From positions 34,199 to 98,198 of the forward strand of contig CAXXSO010000032.1 in assembly GCA_963676965.2 (NCBI GenBank): DNA of 64,000 nt, in the 5' to 3' direction. A model generated the notes under the pieces. It was not told the DNA's origin. It searched no databases and saw only the letters and a list, made by a program, of their open reading frames with translations. Position numbers and translations under genes: made by a program. The DNA is from an uncultured Cohaesibacter sp. GTDB taxonomy: Bacteria > Pseudomonadota > Alphaproteobacteria > Rhizobiales > Cohaesibacteraceae. Below are positions 19,928 through 29,904 of this stretch, in pieces; the first letter of the stretch is position 1, and each line of letters starts with the position of its first letter.

Positions 19928-21451
19928 GTGTTGGAAAAGTGTCCTGACGACGCTCCGATTCTGGCTGCGCAAAGGGTAAGCAAATCCTTTGGCTCAGTGC
20001 CTGTCCTATTCTCCATCAATTTCGACATCCGTGCAGGCCAAGTGCATGCCGTGATCGGCGAGAATGGTGCAGGCAAATCCACCCTGATGAAAATTCTCTC
20101 GGGCTTCCATCCCGCCACCTCTGGCACGATCCTGCTGGATGGTGAACCGGTGATCCTTCCCCCCAATGGGCAGGCAGAAGATCTCGGCATCGTGTTAATC
20201 CATCAGGAGCTCAATCTCGCCGAACAAATGACGGTGGAAGAGAATATTTTCCTAGGTCGCGAGCAAATCGCCAAAGGCTTCCTCAAGCGCGCTACAATGC
20301 ATGACGAAGTCCTCAAGATGCTCACCGAGATTGGTCTCGACATCTCCCCCGATGATCGCATTTCGAGCCTGTCGATTGCCCAGAAGCAAATGGTCGAAAT
20401 CGTCAAGGCGATGAGCCGCAATGCCCGCATCCTGATCATGGATGAGCCGACAGCGGTGTTGACCGAAGCGGAGACGGATCTGTTCTTCAAACAGGTCAGA
20501 CGCCTCAAGGCTCAGGGTACGGCAGTCATGTTTGTCTCGCACAAACTCAAGGAAGTTGCCGCCATTGCAGACCGCATCACCATCCTGCGAGACGGCCAGT
20601 GGATCACCACCAAGCCGACCGAGGATTTCACCCTCGACACCATGGCGCAAATGATGGTGGGCCGCGAATTGTCCGACCTCTTCCCGCCCATGACCGAAGC
20701 CGACTATGACGCCGAGCGTGTGCTGGAAGTAAAGAATCTGAGCACAGATCTGGTAAAGAAAGCCTCCTTCTCCCTGCGCAAAGGTGAAATTCTGGGCTTC
20801 TCAGGACTGATCGGCTCTGGCCGAACCGAGCTGTTTGAGGCCATCTGCGGTCTGCGCCCCATGACATCGGGTCATGTCACCCTGTTTGGTGAGGAGACCC
20901 ACATCCGCTCTGCCGCTGATGCGCGCGATGCTGGCATCGCCTATCTTACCAAGGACCGAAAGGGCAAGGGCTTGCTGGTTGACAAACAGATGCAGCCGAA
21001 CCTCACCCTGTTGGCCTTGCCGAAATTTCTCAAAGGCGTGCTGCTCGACCGCAAGGGCGAAGAACAGGCCCTGCGCCGCGGTGTCCGCCGGTTTGACATC
21101 CGCGCCCGCGATCCCAATTGCAAGGTCTCGGAAATGTCCGGCGGCAACCAGCAGAAATTGCTGCTCGCCAAGGTGATGGAATGCGACCCGCGCATTGTCA
21201 TTGTCGACGAACCGACCCGTGGCATTGATGTGGGCACCAAACAGCAAATCTATCATTTCATTGCAGCACTGGCATCCGAAGGCATGTCGGTCGTCGTCAT
21301 CTCATCGGAAATGCCCGAAATCATCGGGATCTGTCATCGAGTGATTGTGATGCGTGAAGGCCGCATCACCGGAGAACTCACCGGCGATGCCATCAACGAA
21401 CATGAAATAGTCCGCTTTGCGGCCGGCTTGAAGGAGGAGGCCAGCGCATGA
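19928..21451 (+). CDS. Monosaccharide ABC ATP-binding protein (RbsA-like)
   Basis: GENGAGKST, MDEPTA, SGGNQQK and DEPTRGIDVG. Confidence 0.95.
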   Translation: MLEKCPDDAPILAAQRVSKSFGSVPVLFSINFDIRAGQVHAVIGENGAGKSTLMKILSGFHPATSGTILLDGEPVILPPNGQAEDLGIVLIHQELNLAEQMTVEENIFLGREQIAKGFLKRATMHDEVLKMLTEIGLDISPDDRISSLSIAQKQMVEIVKAMSRNARILIMDEPTAVLTEAETDLFFKQVRRLKAQGTAVMFVSHKLKEVAAIADRITILRDGQWITTKPTEDFTLDTMAQMMVGRELSDLFPPMTEADYDAERVLEVKNLSTDLVKKASFSLRKGEILGFSGLIGSGRTELFEAICGLRPMTSGHVTLFGEETHIRSAADARDAGIAYLTKDRKGKGLLVDKQMQPNLTLLALPKFLKGVLLDRKGEEQALRRGVRRFDIRARDPNCKVSEMSGGNQQKLLLAKVMECDPRIVIVDEPTRGIDVGTKQQIYHFIAALASEGMSVVVISSEMPEIIGICHRVIVMREGRITGELTGDAINEHEIVRFAAGLKEEASA

Positions 21452-22467
21452 CAGAGAATCCCGCGGGCAAAAAGGCGAAAAGCCTGCCTTTTGCGACAGA
21501 CTTTAAAACACTGGGCCCTGCCATCGCGCTGCTGTTGCTGTGCGTCATCGGTTTTTCGCTCAACTCTGCCTTTCTCTCGGAAGGCAACATCACAAACCTG
21601 CTGACACGCTCGGCCTTCATCGGCATCATTGCCGTTGGCGCGACCTTCGTGATCACGTCCGGTGGCATTGATCTGTCCGTCGGCTCAATGGCTGCGGTGA
21701 TTGCGGGCGTCATGATCATCATCATGAACATGCTCGTCCCCATCACCGGCACCGGCATCACCACGGTTCTGATTGGATGTGCCATTTCGATTGCGTTGGG
21801 GCTTGGGGCCGGTCTGGTCAACGGACTGCTGACCACCAAGGGCAAAATCGAAGCCTTCATCGTGACCTTGGGCACGATGGGTATTTTCCGCTCGCTGGTC
21901 ACCTATTTCGCCGATGGCGGCACCCTGTCTCTGGACTATGGCATCCGTGGCACCTATCGCCCGGTCTATTATGACAGCTTCATGGGCCTTCCCATCCCGG
22001 TCTGGGTCTTCATCAGCGTCGCCATCATTGGTTGGGTGTTGCTCAACCGGACCGCCTTTGGCCGCTATTGCACAGCCATTGGCTCCAATGAGGCGGTAGC
22101 CAAATATTCCGCCATCAAGGTCGACCGGATCAAGACATGGACCTATGTCATCCAGGGCATCTGCGTCGCGCTTGCCACCATCATTTATGTGCCACGCCTT
22201 GGCTCGGCCTCCTCTTCGACCGGAGTCTTGTGGGAGCTGGAAGCCATTGCTGCGGTGATCATCGGCGGTACGGTTCTCAAGGGCGGTTATGGCCGGATTG
22301 GTGGCACCATTCTGGGCGCCCTGATCCTGACCACCATCGGCAACATTCTCAATTTCACCGACATGATTTCCAACTATCTGAACGGCACGATGCAAGGCCT
22401 GATCATCATCACCGCCGTTTGGCTCCAACGCGGCAACTTTGGCCGCAAGAAGGAAGTAAAGACCTAG
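21448..22467 (+). CDS. Monosaccharide ABC permease (RbsC-like)
   Basis: GGIDLSVGS, AFIVTLGT and ELEAIAAVIIGG. Confidence 0.95.
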   Translation: MTENPAGKKAKSLPFATDFKTLGPAIALLLLCVIGFSLNSAFLSEGNITNLLTRSAFIGIIAVGATFVITSGGIDLSVGSMAAVIAGVMIIIMNMLVPITGTGITTVLIGCAISIALGLGAGLVNGLLTTKGKIEAFIVTLGTMGIFRSLVTYFADGGTLSLDYGIRGTYRPVYYDSFMGLPIPVWVFISVAIIGWVLLNRTAFGRYCTAIGSNEAVAKYSAIKVDRIKTWTYVIQGICVALATIIYVPRLGSASSSTGVLWELEAIAAVIIGGTVLKGGYGRIGGTILGALILTTIGNILNFTDMISNYLNGTMQGLIIITAVWLQRGNFGRKKEVKT

Positions 22468-22617
22468 TCGGACCATCGATATCGACCTCACGGTCGGCCA
22501 CCAAAGAAAGACCGTTGGCCCGCCATGCGGGTCGACAGGGGAGCGCAAAGCCCCACCCGCTTGTCAAGACCCTTAGTTCTGCTAACTGGCGCATTTCTAA
22601 TATTCTGGGAGGAAAAG

Positions 22618-23575
22618 ATGAAAGCACCCAAAGCACTATTCGCTGCCGCACTGACCGGAGCCATGATGCTCGCAGGCACGGCACTTGCCGCCGACAAGAT
22701 CAAGATCGGCGTGTCCTATCCAACCCCGACCCACGCTTGGGCGGCTGGCATGAACTGGCATGCCGAAAAAAGCCGAAAAACGCCTCGAAGCCCTTTATCC
22801 TGATGTCGACCTGATCCTTGTCAACTCGCCGGATCCAAGCCAGCAGGCATCAGCCATCGAAGATCTGGTCTCTGTCCATCAGATTGACGCCCTCGTGGTG
22901 CTGCCATTTGAATCCGAGCCCCTCACCGATCCGGTACTGAATGCCAAGAAATCCGGTGCGATGATCACCGTCGTTGACCGTGGCCTCAGCCAACCGGGCA
23001 TCGAAGACATCTATGTTGCAGGCAACAACCCTGAAATGGGCCGTGTCTCAGCTGAATATATGAAGTCACGCCTGAAATCCGGTGACAATATCGTCATTCT
23101 GCGCGGCATTCCCACCATCATCGACAATGAACGCTTCGACGCATTCATGGAAGGCATCAAGGATACCGGCATCAACGTGCTCGACCACAAACATGCCAAC
23201 TGGAACCGTGATGATGGCTTTGAGGTCATGCAGGACTTCCTGTCCCGCTTCCCGGACATCGACGCGGTATGGGCACAAGATGACGACATCGCCATCGGCG
23301 TGGTTGCTGCTCTCAAACAGGCTGGCCGTGATGGCAATGGCATGTTCGTCGTCGGCGGCGCTGGCATGAAAGAAACCATCAAGGGCGTCATGGACGGCAA
23401 CGAACTGGTACCGGTTGATGTGCTCTATCCACCTGCAATGATCGCGACCGCCATGGATGTCACCGTTGCAGCCTTCAAGTCCAACGGTCCGGTTGCCGGT
23501 CGCTATATTCTCGGCGCAACCCTGATCACCAAGGACAATGCCAAGGACTTCTACTTCCCCGACTCTCCATTCTAA
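22618..23575 (+). CDS. Monosaccharide ABC substrate-binding protein; +1 frameshift in the A6 run at 22766-22771
   Basis: Signal peptide MKAPKALFAAALTGAMMLAGTALA joins the 22760..23575 frame (RbsB-like: VVDR, NWNRDDG, WAQDDD) when one A is removed. Confidence 0.85.
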
Positions 23576-23785
23576 GGGACAGTCATCACACGATGCCTGA
23601 GGTCAGCTTCTGCGCATCAGGCTGAATGAGAAAAGAGCCGGGACCTTCCAAGAGCCCCGGCTCATTGCCCCGCCCCTAGCGCCTTGCCAAGACAAGAGCA
23701 CTGAGCCCGGCATGCCCGACAGGAATGACAGCAATAAAAGGCGATCCGCCAATCGACGGCGCCAAAGATCTTGGGAGACAAAGCC

Positions 23786-24844
23786 ATGAAAACCATCAAG
23801 GGTCCAGCGCTGTTTCTGGCACAATTTGCCAGCGACGACGCACCATTCAACAGCTGGGCCGACATCACCCGCTGGGCTGCGGATTGCGGCTATAAAGGCG
23901 TTCAGGTCCCCTCTTGGGATGGCCGCCTGATCGATCTGGACAAGGCCTCCAATTCAAAAGACTATTGCGACGAATTCAAGGGCATTGCGTCCGAAGCCGG
24001 TGTGGAAGTCACCGAATTGTCGACCCATTTGCAGGGTCAGCTGGTTGCAGTCCATCCAGCCTATGACGAGGCCTTTGACGGCTTTGCCGCCCCGGAAGTA
24101 CGAGGCAATCCAAAGGCCCGCCAACTCTGGGCCGTTGATCAGGTCAAAAAGGCCCTGATGGCCTCGCGCCTGATGGGAATACGCAATCACGCCACCTTCT
24201 CCGGCGCGCTGTGCTGGCCCTATATGTATCCCTGGCCGCAACGCCCCGCAGGCTTGGTGGAAGCCGCATTTGACGAGTTGGCCGCCCGCTGGCAGCCCTT
24301 GCTCGATTTTGCTGATGAATGCGATGTCAATCTTTGCTACGAGATCCATCCGGGCGAAGACCTGCATGATGGCGTGAGCTTTGAGATGTTCCTTGAGCGC
24401 GTCAACAACCATTCCCGCGCCAACATGCTCTACGATCCTTCGCATTATGTCCTGCAGTGCCTCGACTATCTGGATAATTTCGACATCTACAAAGACCGGA
24501 TCAAGATGTTCCACGTCAAGGATGCCGAGTTCAACCCCACCGGACGCCAAGGTGTTTATGGCGGGTATCAGAGCTGGGTTGATCGGGCTGGGCGCTTCCG
24601 CTCGCTGGGGGATGGACAGGTCGATTTCGGCGCGATCTTCTCGAAATTTGCCGCCAATGACTTTGACGGCTGGGCTGTCGTCGAATGGGAATGCTGCCTC
24701 AAGCATCCTGAAGATGGAGCCCGCGAAGGCGCACAATTCGTTTCTGACCATATCATCCGCGTCACCGATAAAGCCTTTGACGACTTTGCCGATGGTGGCG
24801 CAGACAACGCCATGAACCGCAAGATGCTCGGACTGGAGAATTAA
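23786..24844 (+). CDS. Sugar phosphate isomerase/epimerase (AP-endonuclease/xylose-isomerase-like TIM barrel)
   Basis: YEIHPGEDLHDG, YDPSH, FHVKD, FRSLGDGQVDF and VEWE metal ligands. Confidence 0.88.
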   Translation: MKTIKGPALFLAQFASDDAPFNSWADITRWAADCGYKGVQVPSWDGRLIDLDKASNSKDYCDEFKGIASEAGVEVTELSTHLQGQLVAVHPAYDEAFDGFAAPEVRGNPKARQLWAVDQVKKALMASRLMGIRNHATFSGALCWPYMYPWPQRPAGLVEAAFDELAARWQPLLDFADECDVNLCYEIHPGEDLHDGVSFEMFLERVNNHSRANMLYDPSHYVLQCLDYLDNFDIYKDRIKMFHVKDAEFNPTGRQGVYGGYQSWVDRAGRFRSLGDGQVDFGAIFSKFAANDFDGWAVVEWECCLKHPEDGAREGAQFVSDHIIRVTDKAFDDFADGGADNAMNRKMLGLEN

Positions 24845-24845
24845 G

Positions 24846-26018
24846 ATGGCCATCACCGGACGCAATGAGAGCCTTGGCGGGCGGATCCGCCTAGGCATGG
24901 TGGGCGGCGGCAACGACGCCTTCATCGGCGGAGTGCATCGCATCGCTTCGCGCATTGATGACAAATATCAGCTGGTCGCGGGCGCGCTCTCCTCGACACC
25001 TGAAAAGTCTCACGCCTCAGCGGCAGCTCTGGGACTGGATCCCGAGCGCAGCTACGACAATTTCACCCTGATGGCAGAAATGGAGGCCAACCGCGAGGAT
25101 GGCATTGAGGCGGTATCAATCGTCACCCCGAACCACATGCATTTCGCCGCAGCAGTCGAATTCCTGCGCCGGGGCATCCATGTCATTTGCGACAAGCCCC
25201 TGACCTCAACTTTGGAAAACGCAGAAAAGCTTGTCAAAGAGGCCGAACAGTCAGACGCCTTGTTCATCCTGACCCACAATTATACCGGCTATCCGATGGT
25301 GCGTCAGGCTCGCGAAATGATTGCCAATGGCGACATTGGCACCATCCGCGTGGTGCAGGTGGAATATCCGCAAGACTGGCTGACAGAATTTGCCGATTTC
25401 AAACAGGCCGCATGGCGCACGGACCCCGCTCGCTCTGGCGCGGGTGGTTCCACCGGCGATATTGGCACCCACGCCTTCAATCTGGCAAGCTTTGTCACCG
25501 GACTGGAACTGGAAAGCCTCGCCGCAGACCTGCAATCTTTCGTGCCCGGCCGTCAGGTCGATGACAATGGCCATGTGATGATGCGCTTCAAGGGTGGTGC
25601 CCGAGGCATGCTCTGGTGCAGTCAGGTGGCCCCAGGCAACGAAAACGCCTTAAAGCTCCGTGTCTATGGGGACAAAGGCGGGCTGGAATGGTGTCAGGAA
25701 GACCCGAACTATCTCTGGTACACGCCCTTTGGTGACCCCAAACGCCTGATCACGCGCAACGGCGCCGGGGCCAGTGATGTGGCAGGCAGAGTGAGCCGCG
25801 TTCCATCGGGACATCCAGAAGGCTATCTTGAAGGCTTTGCCAACATCTACAGCGAAGCCGCAGCCGCCATTCTGGCCAAACGGGACGGGTCTGCACCGGA
25901 TCCGGCGGTGGTCTATCCGACCGTGCAGGACGGGCTGAAGGGCGTTCAGTTCATCGATGCCTGTGTGCGATCATCGAAGGACAACGCCGCATGGGTCACC
26001 ATCAGCCAGACGATCTGA
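24846..26018 (+). CDS. Gfo/Idh/MocA-family oxidoreductase
   Basis: GMVGGG..FIG.VH, IVTPNH, ICDKP and GDIGTHA. Confidence 0.92.
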   Translation: MAITGRNESLGGRIRLGMVGGGNDAFIGGVHRIASRIDDKYQLVAGALSSTPEKSHASAAALGLDPERSYDNFTLMAEMEANREDGIEAVSIVTPNHMHFAAAVEFLRRGIHVICDKPLTSTLENAEKLVKEAEQSDALFILTHNYTGYPMVRQAREMIANGDIGTIRVVQVEYPQDWLTEFADFKQAAWRTDPARSGAGGSTGDIGTHAFNLASFVTGLELESLAADLQSFVPGRQVDDNGHVMMRFKGGARGMLWCSQVAPGNENALKLRVYGDKGGLEWCQEDPNYLWYTPFGDPKRLITRNGAGASDVAGRVSRVPSGHPEGYLEGFANIYSEAAAAILAKRDGSAPDPAVVYPTVQDGLKGVQFIDACVRSSKDNAAWVTISQTI

Positions 26019-26063
26019 CCTCCCTCCACCAAAAGACGCTCCCAAGAAACGACGAAAGACCTT

Positions 26064-26099
26064 CACCCTGTCAGTGCCCATCTGGCAGGGTGCTTTTTT
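26064..26099 (+). terminator. Intrinsic terminator
   Basis: CACCCTGTCAG...CTGGCAGGGTG stem followed by a T run, between convergent genes. Confidence 0.7.
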
Positions 26100-26130
26100 G
26101 CCCTGTTGGACGCTGCCAACCACAGCCTGA

Positions 26131-27012
26131 TCAGGCTTTGCGGAAAATTTCGGTGACACCGATCATATTTTCCATTTCCCGGATACGCTTGCTGCTCTTG
26201 TCCGGGCTAAGCAGCTGAATCTGGGCGATCATCGCTTCGACCAAAAGATTGATGGCAATCGTACTGTCCCAGCTTGATGGCGCTTCCACCATGGCGCGGA
26301 AACACTTGTCGGCGATACCCTCAATCGGCGAGCCCCACTGATCGGTAAACAGCACAATCTTCGCCCCTTGTGAGGATGCCAGCGATGCAAGACGTTCCAG
26401 CACCTGCTCATACCGGCGAATGTCAAACAGGATCAGAACCGACTTGTCATCCATATCAAGCAACGTCTGCGGCCAGACGCTCGGCGAGGCCCCCAACATG
26501 CTGACATTGGGGCGAATGATCTGCAGGTGGTTGAAGAAATGAAAGGCGCTTGACTGGGAAATCTTGCCCCCGCGCAAATAGATCTTGTTGTCGGTGTCTG
26601 CCAACATCTCGGCAACCTGATCGAACACCTCATAATCAAGCTGGTTCATGGTCCGGTTGACATTCTCCACCACATGCATGGTGAAGCGATTGACCACATG
26701 CCGTTCATGCTCGGCCCCCAGTTTGGTCTCGAACTTGGCAAGCGGCTGCTTGATCCGTTCGGCCAACTCGGTGCGAATGGCATTTTGCATATCGGGAAAG
26801 CCGTCAAATCCCAGCTTGCGCGCAAACCGAATAACGGTCGGTGTCGACACATCCGCCGCTTCAGCAAGCTTGGTGATCGACTTCAATTCAATCGCCAGCG
26901 AGTCATCCTTGATATAAGGCACCAGCCGACGCTCCGCCGGGGTCAGGTCAGCCTTATGCGCCTCAATCAGATCACGAACAAGCATGATTTCCCTTTCGGG
27001 TTTTTGTTTCAT
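26131..27012 (-). CDS. MurR/RpiR-family transcriptional regulator
   Basis: LTPAERR and VSTPTVIRFARKLGFDGF HTH plus SIS domain. Confidence 0.93.
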   Translation of the reverse strand: MKQKPEREIMLVRDLIEAHKADLTPAERRLVPYIKDDSLAIELKSITKLAEAADVSTPTVIRFARKLGFDGFPDMQNAIRTELAERIKQPLAKFETKLGAEHERHVVNRFTMHVVENVNRTMNQLDYEVFDQVAEMLADTDNKIYLRGGKISQSSAFHFFNHLQIIRPNVSMLGASPSVWPQTLLDMDDKSVLILFDIRRYEQVLERLASLASSQGAKIVLFTDQWGSPIEGIADKCFRAMVEAPSSWDSTIAINLLVEAMIAQIQLLSPDKSSKRIREMENMIGVTEIFRKA

Positions 27013-27032
27013 TTCTACATCCTACCCAAAAA

Positions 27033-27091
27033 TGTAGAAAAAAATACAGAAAAAAATTGACACTGGTGCCCACCATGTAGTTTTCTTTACA
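27033..27091. promoter_or_regulatory. Two TGTA-N8-TACA boxes flanking a TTGACA hexamer, candidate RpiR operators
   Basis: TGTAGAAAAAAATACA (27033), TTGACA (27057) and TGTAGTTTTCTTTACA (27076). Confidence 0.65.
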
Positions 27092-27114
27092 TAAGTTAAC
27101 AGGGAGAAAGCAAG

Positions 27115-27891
27115 ATGCCCGAAGCCATTTGGTCGCCAGTTCACCTGCAACGGACGACAGGATCCGCGCCTTTTGTGCTGCTTTGCGAGCATGCATCTCT
27201 GCATATTCCAAATGAATTCAACAGATTAGGCATCGACACCGAAACCGCAACCTCCCACGCGGCCTGGGACATTGGCGCGCTGGATGTTGCCTCCGCCCTG
27301 TCGGATCTGCTCGATGCGCCTTTGGTGGCTGGCGGCGTCTCGCGTCTGGTCTATGATTGCAACAGACCCCTTGAAGCCCCCGATGCCATGCCTGCCAAAA
27401 GCGAGATTTTCGCGGTGCCGGGCAATGAAGGCCTCAGCGATGCCGAGCGCAAAAACCGCTTTGGCCTCATTCACAATCCGTTCCACAACACCGCAGCTGA
27501 ATTGGTCCGTACCCAGCGCGAACGGGTGGGCGATGCCTTGACCATTCTGACCATTCACAGCTTCACCCCGATCTATCATGGCGGTCACCGGGAAGTGGAA
27601 ATCGGCTTCCTGTTCGACAAGACAGCCGCCTTCAGCGAACAAATGCAATCCATCGAGGCCGCAGAGGGCAGATACAAGACCGCCCTCAACGAGCCTTACG
27701 ACGCCACCGACGGCGTCACCTACAGCCTTAGAAAACATGGCGAAGACCATGGGCTGGACTCGACAATGATCGAGATCCGTAACGATCTGATCAATACAAA
27801 AGACAAAGCAATCACAATGGCAAATCACCTCTCCCGTTCCATCCTCCGCTCCCATGAGGCTGTGCAACGATTAAGGCAGGTGTCGGCATGA
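27115..27891 (+). CDS. N-formylglutamate amidohydrolase family (probable gamma-glutamyl-glycine hydrolase)
   Basis: CEHAS, HAAWDIGA, SRLVYDCNR, IHSFTP, NEPY and IEIRNDLI. Confidence 0.88.
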   Translation: MPEAIWSPVHLQRTTGSAPFVLLCEHASLHIPNEFNRLGIDTETATSHAAWDIGALDVASALSDLLDAPLVAGGVSRLVYDCNRPLEAPDAMPAKSEIFAVPGNEGLSDAERKNRFGLIHNPFHNTAAELVRTQRERVGDALTILTIHSFTPIYHGGHREVEIGFLFDKTAAFSEQMQSIEAAEGRYKTALNEPYDATDGVTYSLRKHGEDHGLDSTMIEIRNDLINTKDKAITMANHLSRSILRSHEAVQRLRQVSA

Positions 27892-28469
27892 CACCCCTTC
27901 TCCGCTTCGTCGATATCATAGATGGCTTCAACCTTCGCGTTGGCCGTTTCGTGATGTATGGCGTGTTTGTCCTGATGGCGATCCTGCTCTGGTCCTCGAT
28001 TTCGAAGACCTTCTTTCGCCCCTCTCTCTGGACACTGGAAATGGCCCAGTTCGCCATGGTCGCCTATTACATGTTGGGCGGGCCTTATTCCTTGCTGATG
28101 GGCTCCAACGTCCGCATGGACCTTTTTTATGGCGACTGGACGATCCGCCGCAAGGCCGCCGTGGATTGCTTCACGGTGATGTTTCTGATCTTTTATCTCG
28201 GCGTCTTGCTCTATGGCGCTCTTAGCTCGACGGCCTATTCACTGGGCTATTGGGGCATGGAGCCGATTGACTTCTTCATGGGGTTGATCGACGGCAGCGA
28301 GAAAATCGGTCGTCTCGAACGCTCTTCCACTGCTTGGCGGCCTTATGCCTGGCCCATCAAGGTCGTCATGATCATCGGTATCCTGATGATGCTCCTGCAA
28401 TCCATTTCCGAGCTCTGCAAAGACATTCTACGTCTGAACGGGCACACCATCCCGGAGGCTAAAGAATGA
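27888..28469 (+). CDS. TRAP transporter small permease (DctQ-like)
   Basis: Four TM segments and VRMDLFY; lies upstream of the large permease. Confidence 0.9.
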   Translation: MTPLLRFVDIIDGFNLRVGRFVMYGVFVLMAILLWSSISKTFFRPSLWTLEMAQFAMVAYYMLGGPYSLLMGSNVRMDLFYGDWTIRRKAAVDCFTVMFLIFYLGVLLYGALSSTAYSLGYWGMEPIDFFMGLIDGSEKIGRLERSSTAWRPYAWPIKVVMIIGILMMLLQSISELCKDILRLNGHTIPEAKE

Positions 28470-29785
28470 ACCAAGAGCATATCGCCCTTTTCATGTTCGC
28501 TTCGATGATGCTGATGCTCTTTTCCGGTCAGCGCGTCTTTGGGGCCATCGGCGCCATCGCAGCCATTTCGGCCATTGCCCTGTGGGGCACCGGTGGGCAG
28601 GACATTCCCTTTTCCGCAGCCATGAAGCTGATGAAATGGTATCCCCTGCTGACCCTGCCGATGTTCATTTTCATGGGCTACGTTTTGTCCGAAAGCCGTC
28701 TGGCGGATGACCTTTATCGCATGTTCCATGTCTGGTTCGGCAATGTGAATGGCGGCCTCGCCATGGGCACCATCGGCCTGATGGTGCTGATTTCCGCCAT
28801 GAATGGTCTGTCCGTTGCGGGCATGGCCATCGGCGCAACCATTGCCCTGCCGGAATTGCTCCGCCGCGGCTATGACAAAATCATGGTCACCGGTGTCATC
28901 CAGGCAGGCTCCTCGCTTGGCATTCTGGTGCCGCCATCGGTGGTTTTGGTGCTCTATGCGATGATCGCCCGCCAGCCGGTTGGCCAATTGTGGCTCGCGG
29001 GCATCCTGCCCGGCCTGATGATGGCAGCCATGTTCGTGCTTTACATCTGGATCCGCTGCCGCCTCCAGCCAGAGCTTGGACCGGCGCTCAAAGATGCCAC
29101 CGACGTGCCACGCGCAGAAAAAATGCGCCTGCTGGGTGCAGGTATTCTGCCTCTGGCCATTTTCGCCGCCATGATGGTGCCCTTCGTCAATGGCTGGACG
29201 TCATTGGTAGAAAGTTCCGCCATCGGTGCCCTCACCGCTCTGGCAGCTTCGATCCTCAAACGCCGCATGAGCTGGAAAGTCTTCCAGACCTGCACCCGTC
29301 AGACCTTGGGCATTTCCTGCATGTTCATGTGGATCATTCTGGCCGCTCTGGGGTTCGGCGCGGTCTTTGATGGACTGGGAGCCGTGAAGGCCATCGACAA
29401 TCTCTTCACCGAGCAAATGGGCCTGTCCCCCTGGATGATCCTGATCCTGATGCAGCTGAGCTTCATCCTGATGGGCACCTTCCTTGATGATACCGCAATG
29501 CTGGTGATTGTTGCCCCGCTTTATGTGCCGCTGGTGGGAGAATTGGGCTTTGATCTCATCTGGTATGGCGTGCTTTATACCATCACCACCCAGATCGCAT
29601 ATATGACACCACCATTCGGCTATAATCTGTTCCTGATGCGCGCCATGGCGCCACCGGAAATCAGTCTACGCGACATTTACAAATCCATCCTGCCCTTCGT
29701 GGTCGTTATGATCCTCGCCCTGATCATCATCATGGTCTTCCCGCAGATCGCCCTGTGGTTGCCAGAAATGGTCTATGGCAAATAA
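28466..29785 (+). CDS. TRAP transporter large permease (DctM-like)
   Basis: LPMFIFMG, SLGILVPPS and MTPPFG. Confidence 0.93.
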   Translation: MNQEHIALFMFASMMLMLFSGQRVFGAIGAIAAISAIALWGTGGQDIPFSAAMKLMKWYPLLTLPMFIFMGYVLSESRLADDLYRMFHVWFGNVNGGLAMGTIGLMVLISAMNGLSVAGMAIGATIALPELLRRGYDKIMVTGVIQAGSSLGILVPPSVVLVLYAMIARQPVGQLWLAGILPGLMMAAMFVLYIWIRCRLQPELGPALKDATDVPRAEKMRLLGAGILPLAIFAAMMVPFVNGWTSLVESSAIGALTALAASILKRRMSWKVFQTCTRQTLGISCMFMWIILAALGFGAVFDGLGAVKAIDNLFTEQMGLSPWMILILMQLSFILMGTFLDDTAMLVIVAPLYVPLVGELGFDLIWYGVLYTITTQIAYMTPPFGYNLFLMRAMAPPEISLRDIYKSILPFVVVMILALIIIMVFPQIALWLPEMVYGK

Positions 29786-29904
29786 GGATGGCTTTGCAAT
29801 TCCAATAACAAGACAAGAAGAAAAGACCAATTAAGGCAATCAACTTGAATAAACCCCAAGAGTTTCTGAAAAAGAAACCGCAATCACCTTAACGGAGACG
29901 AACG

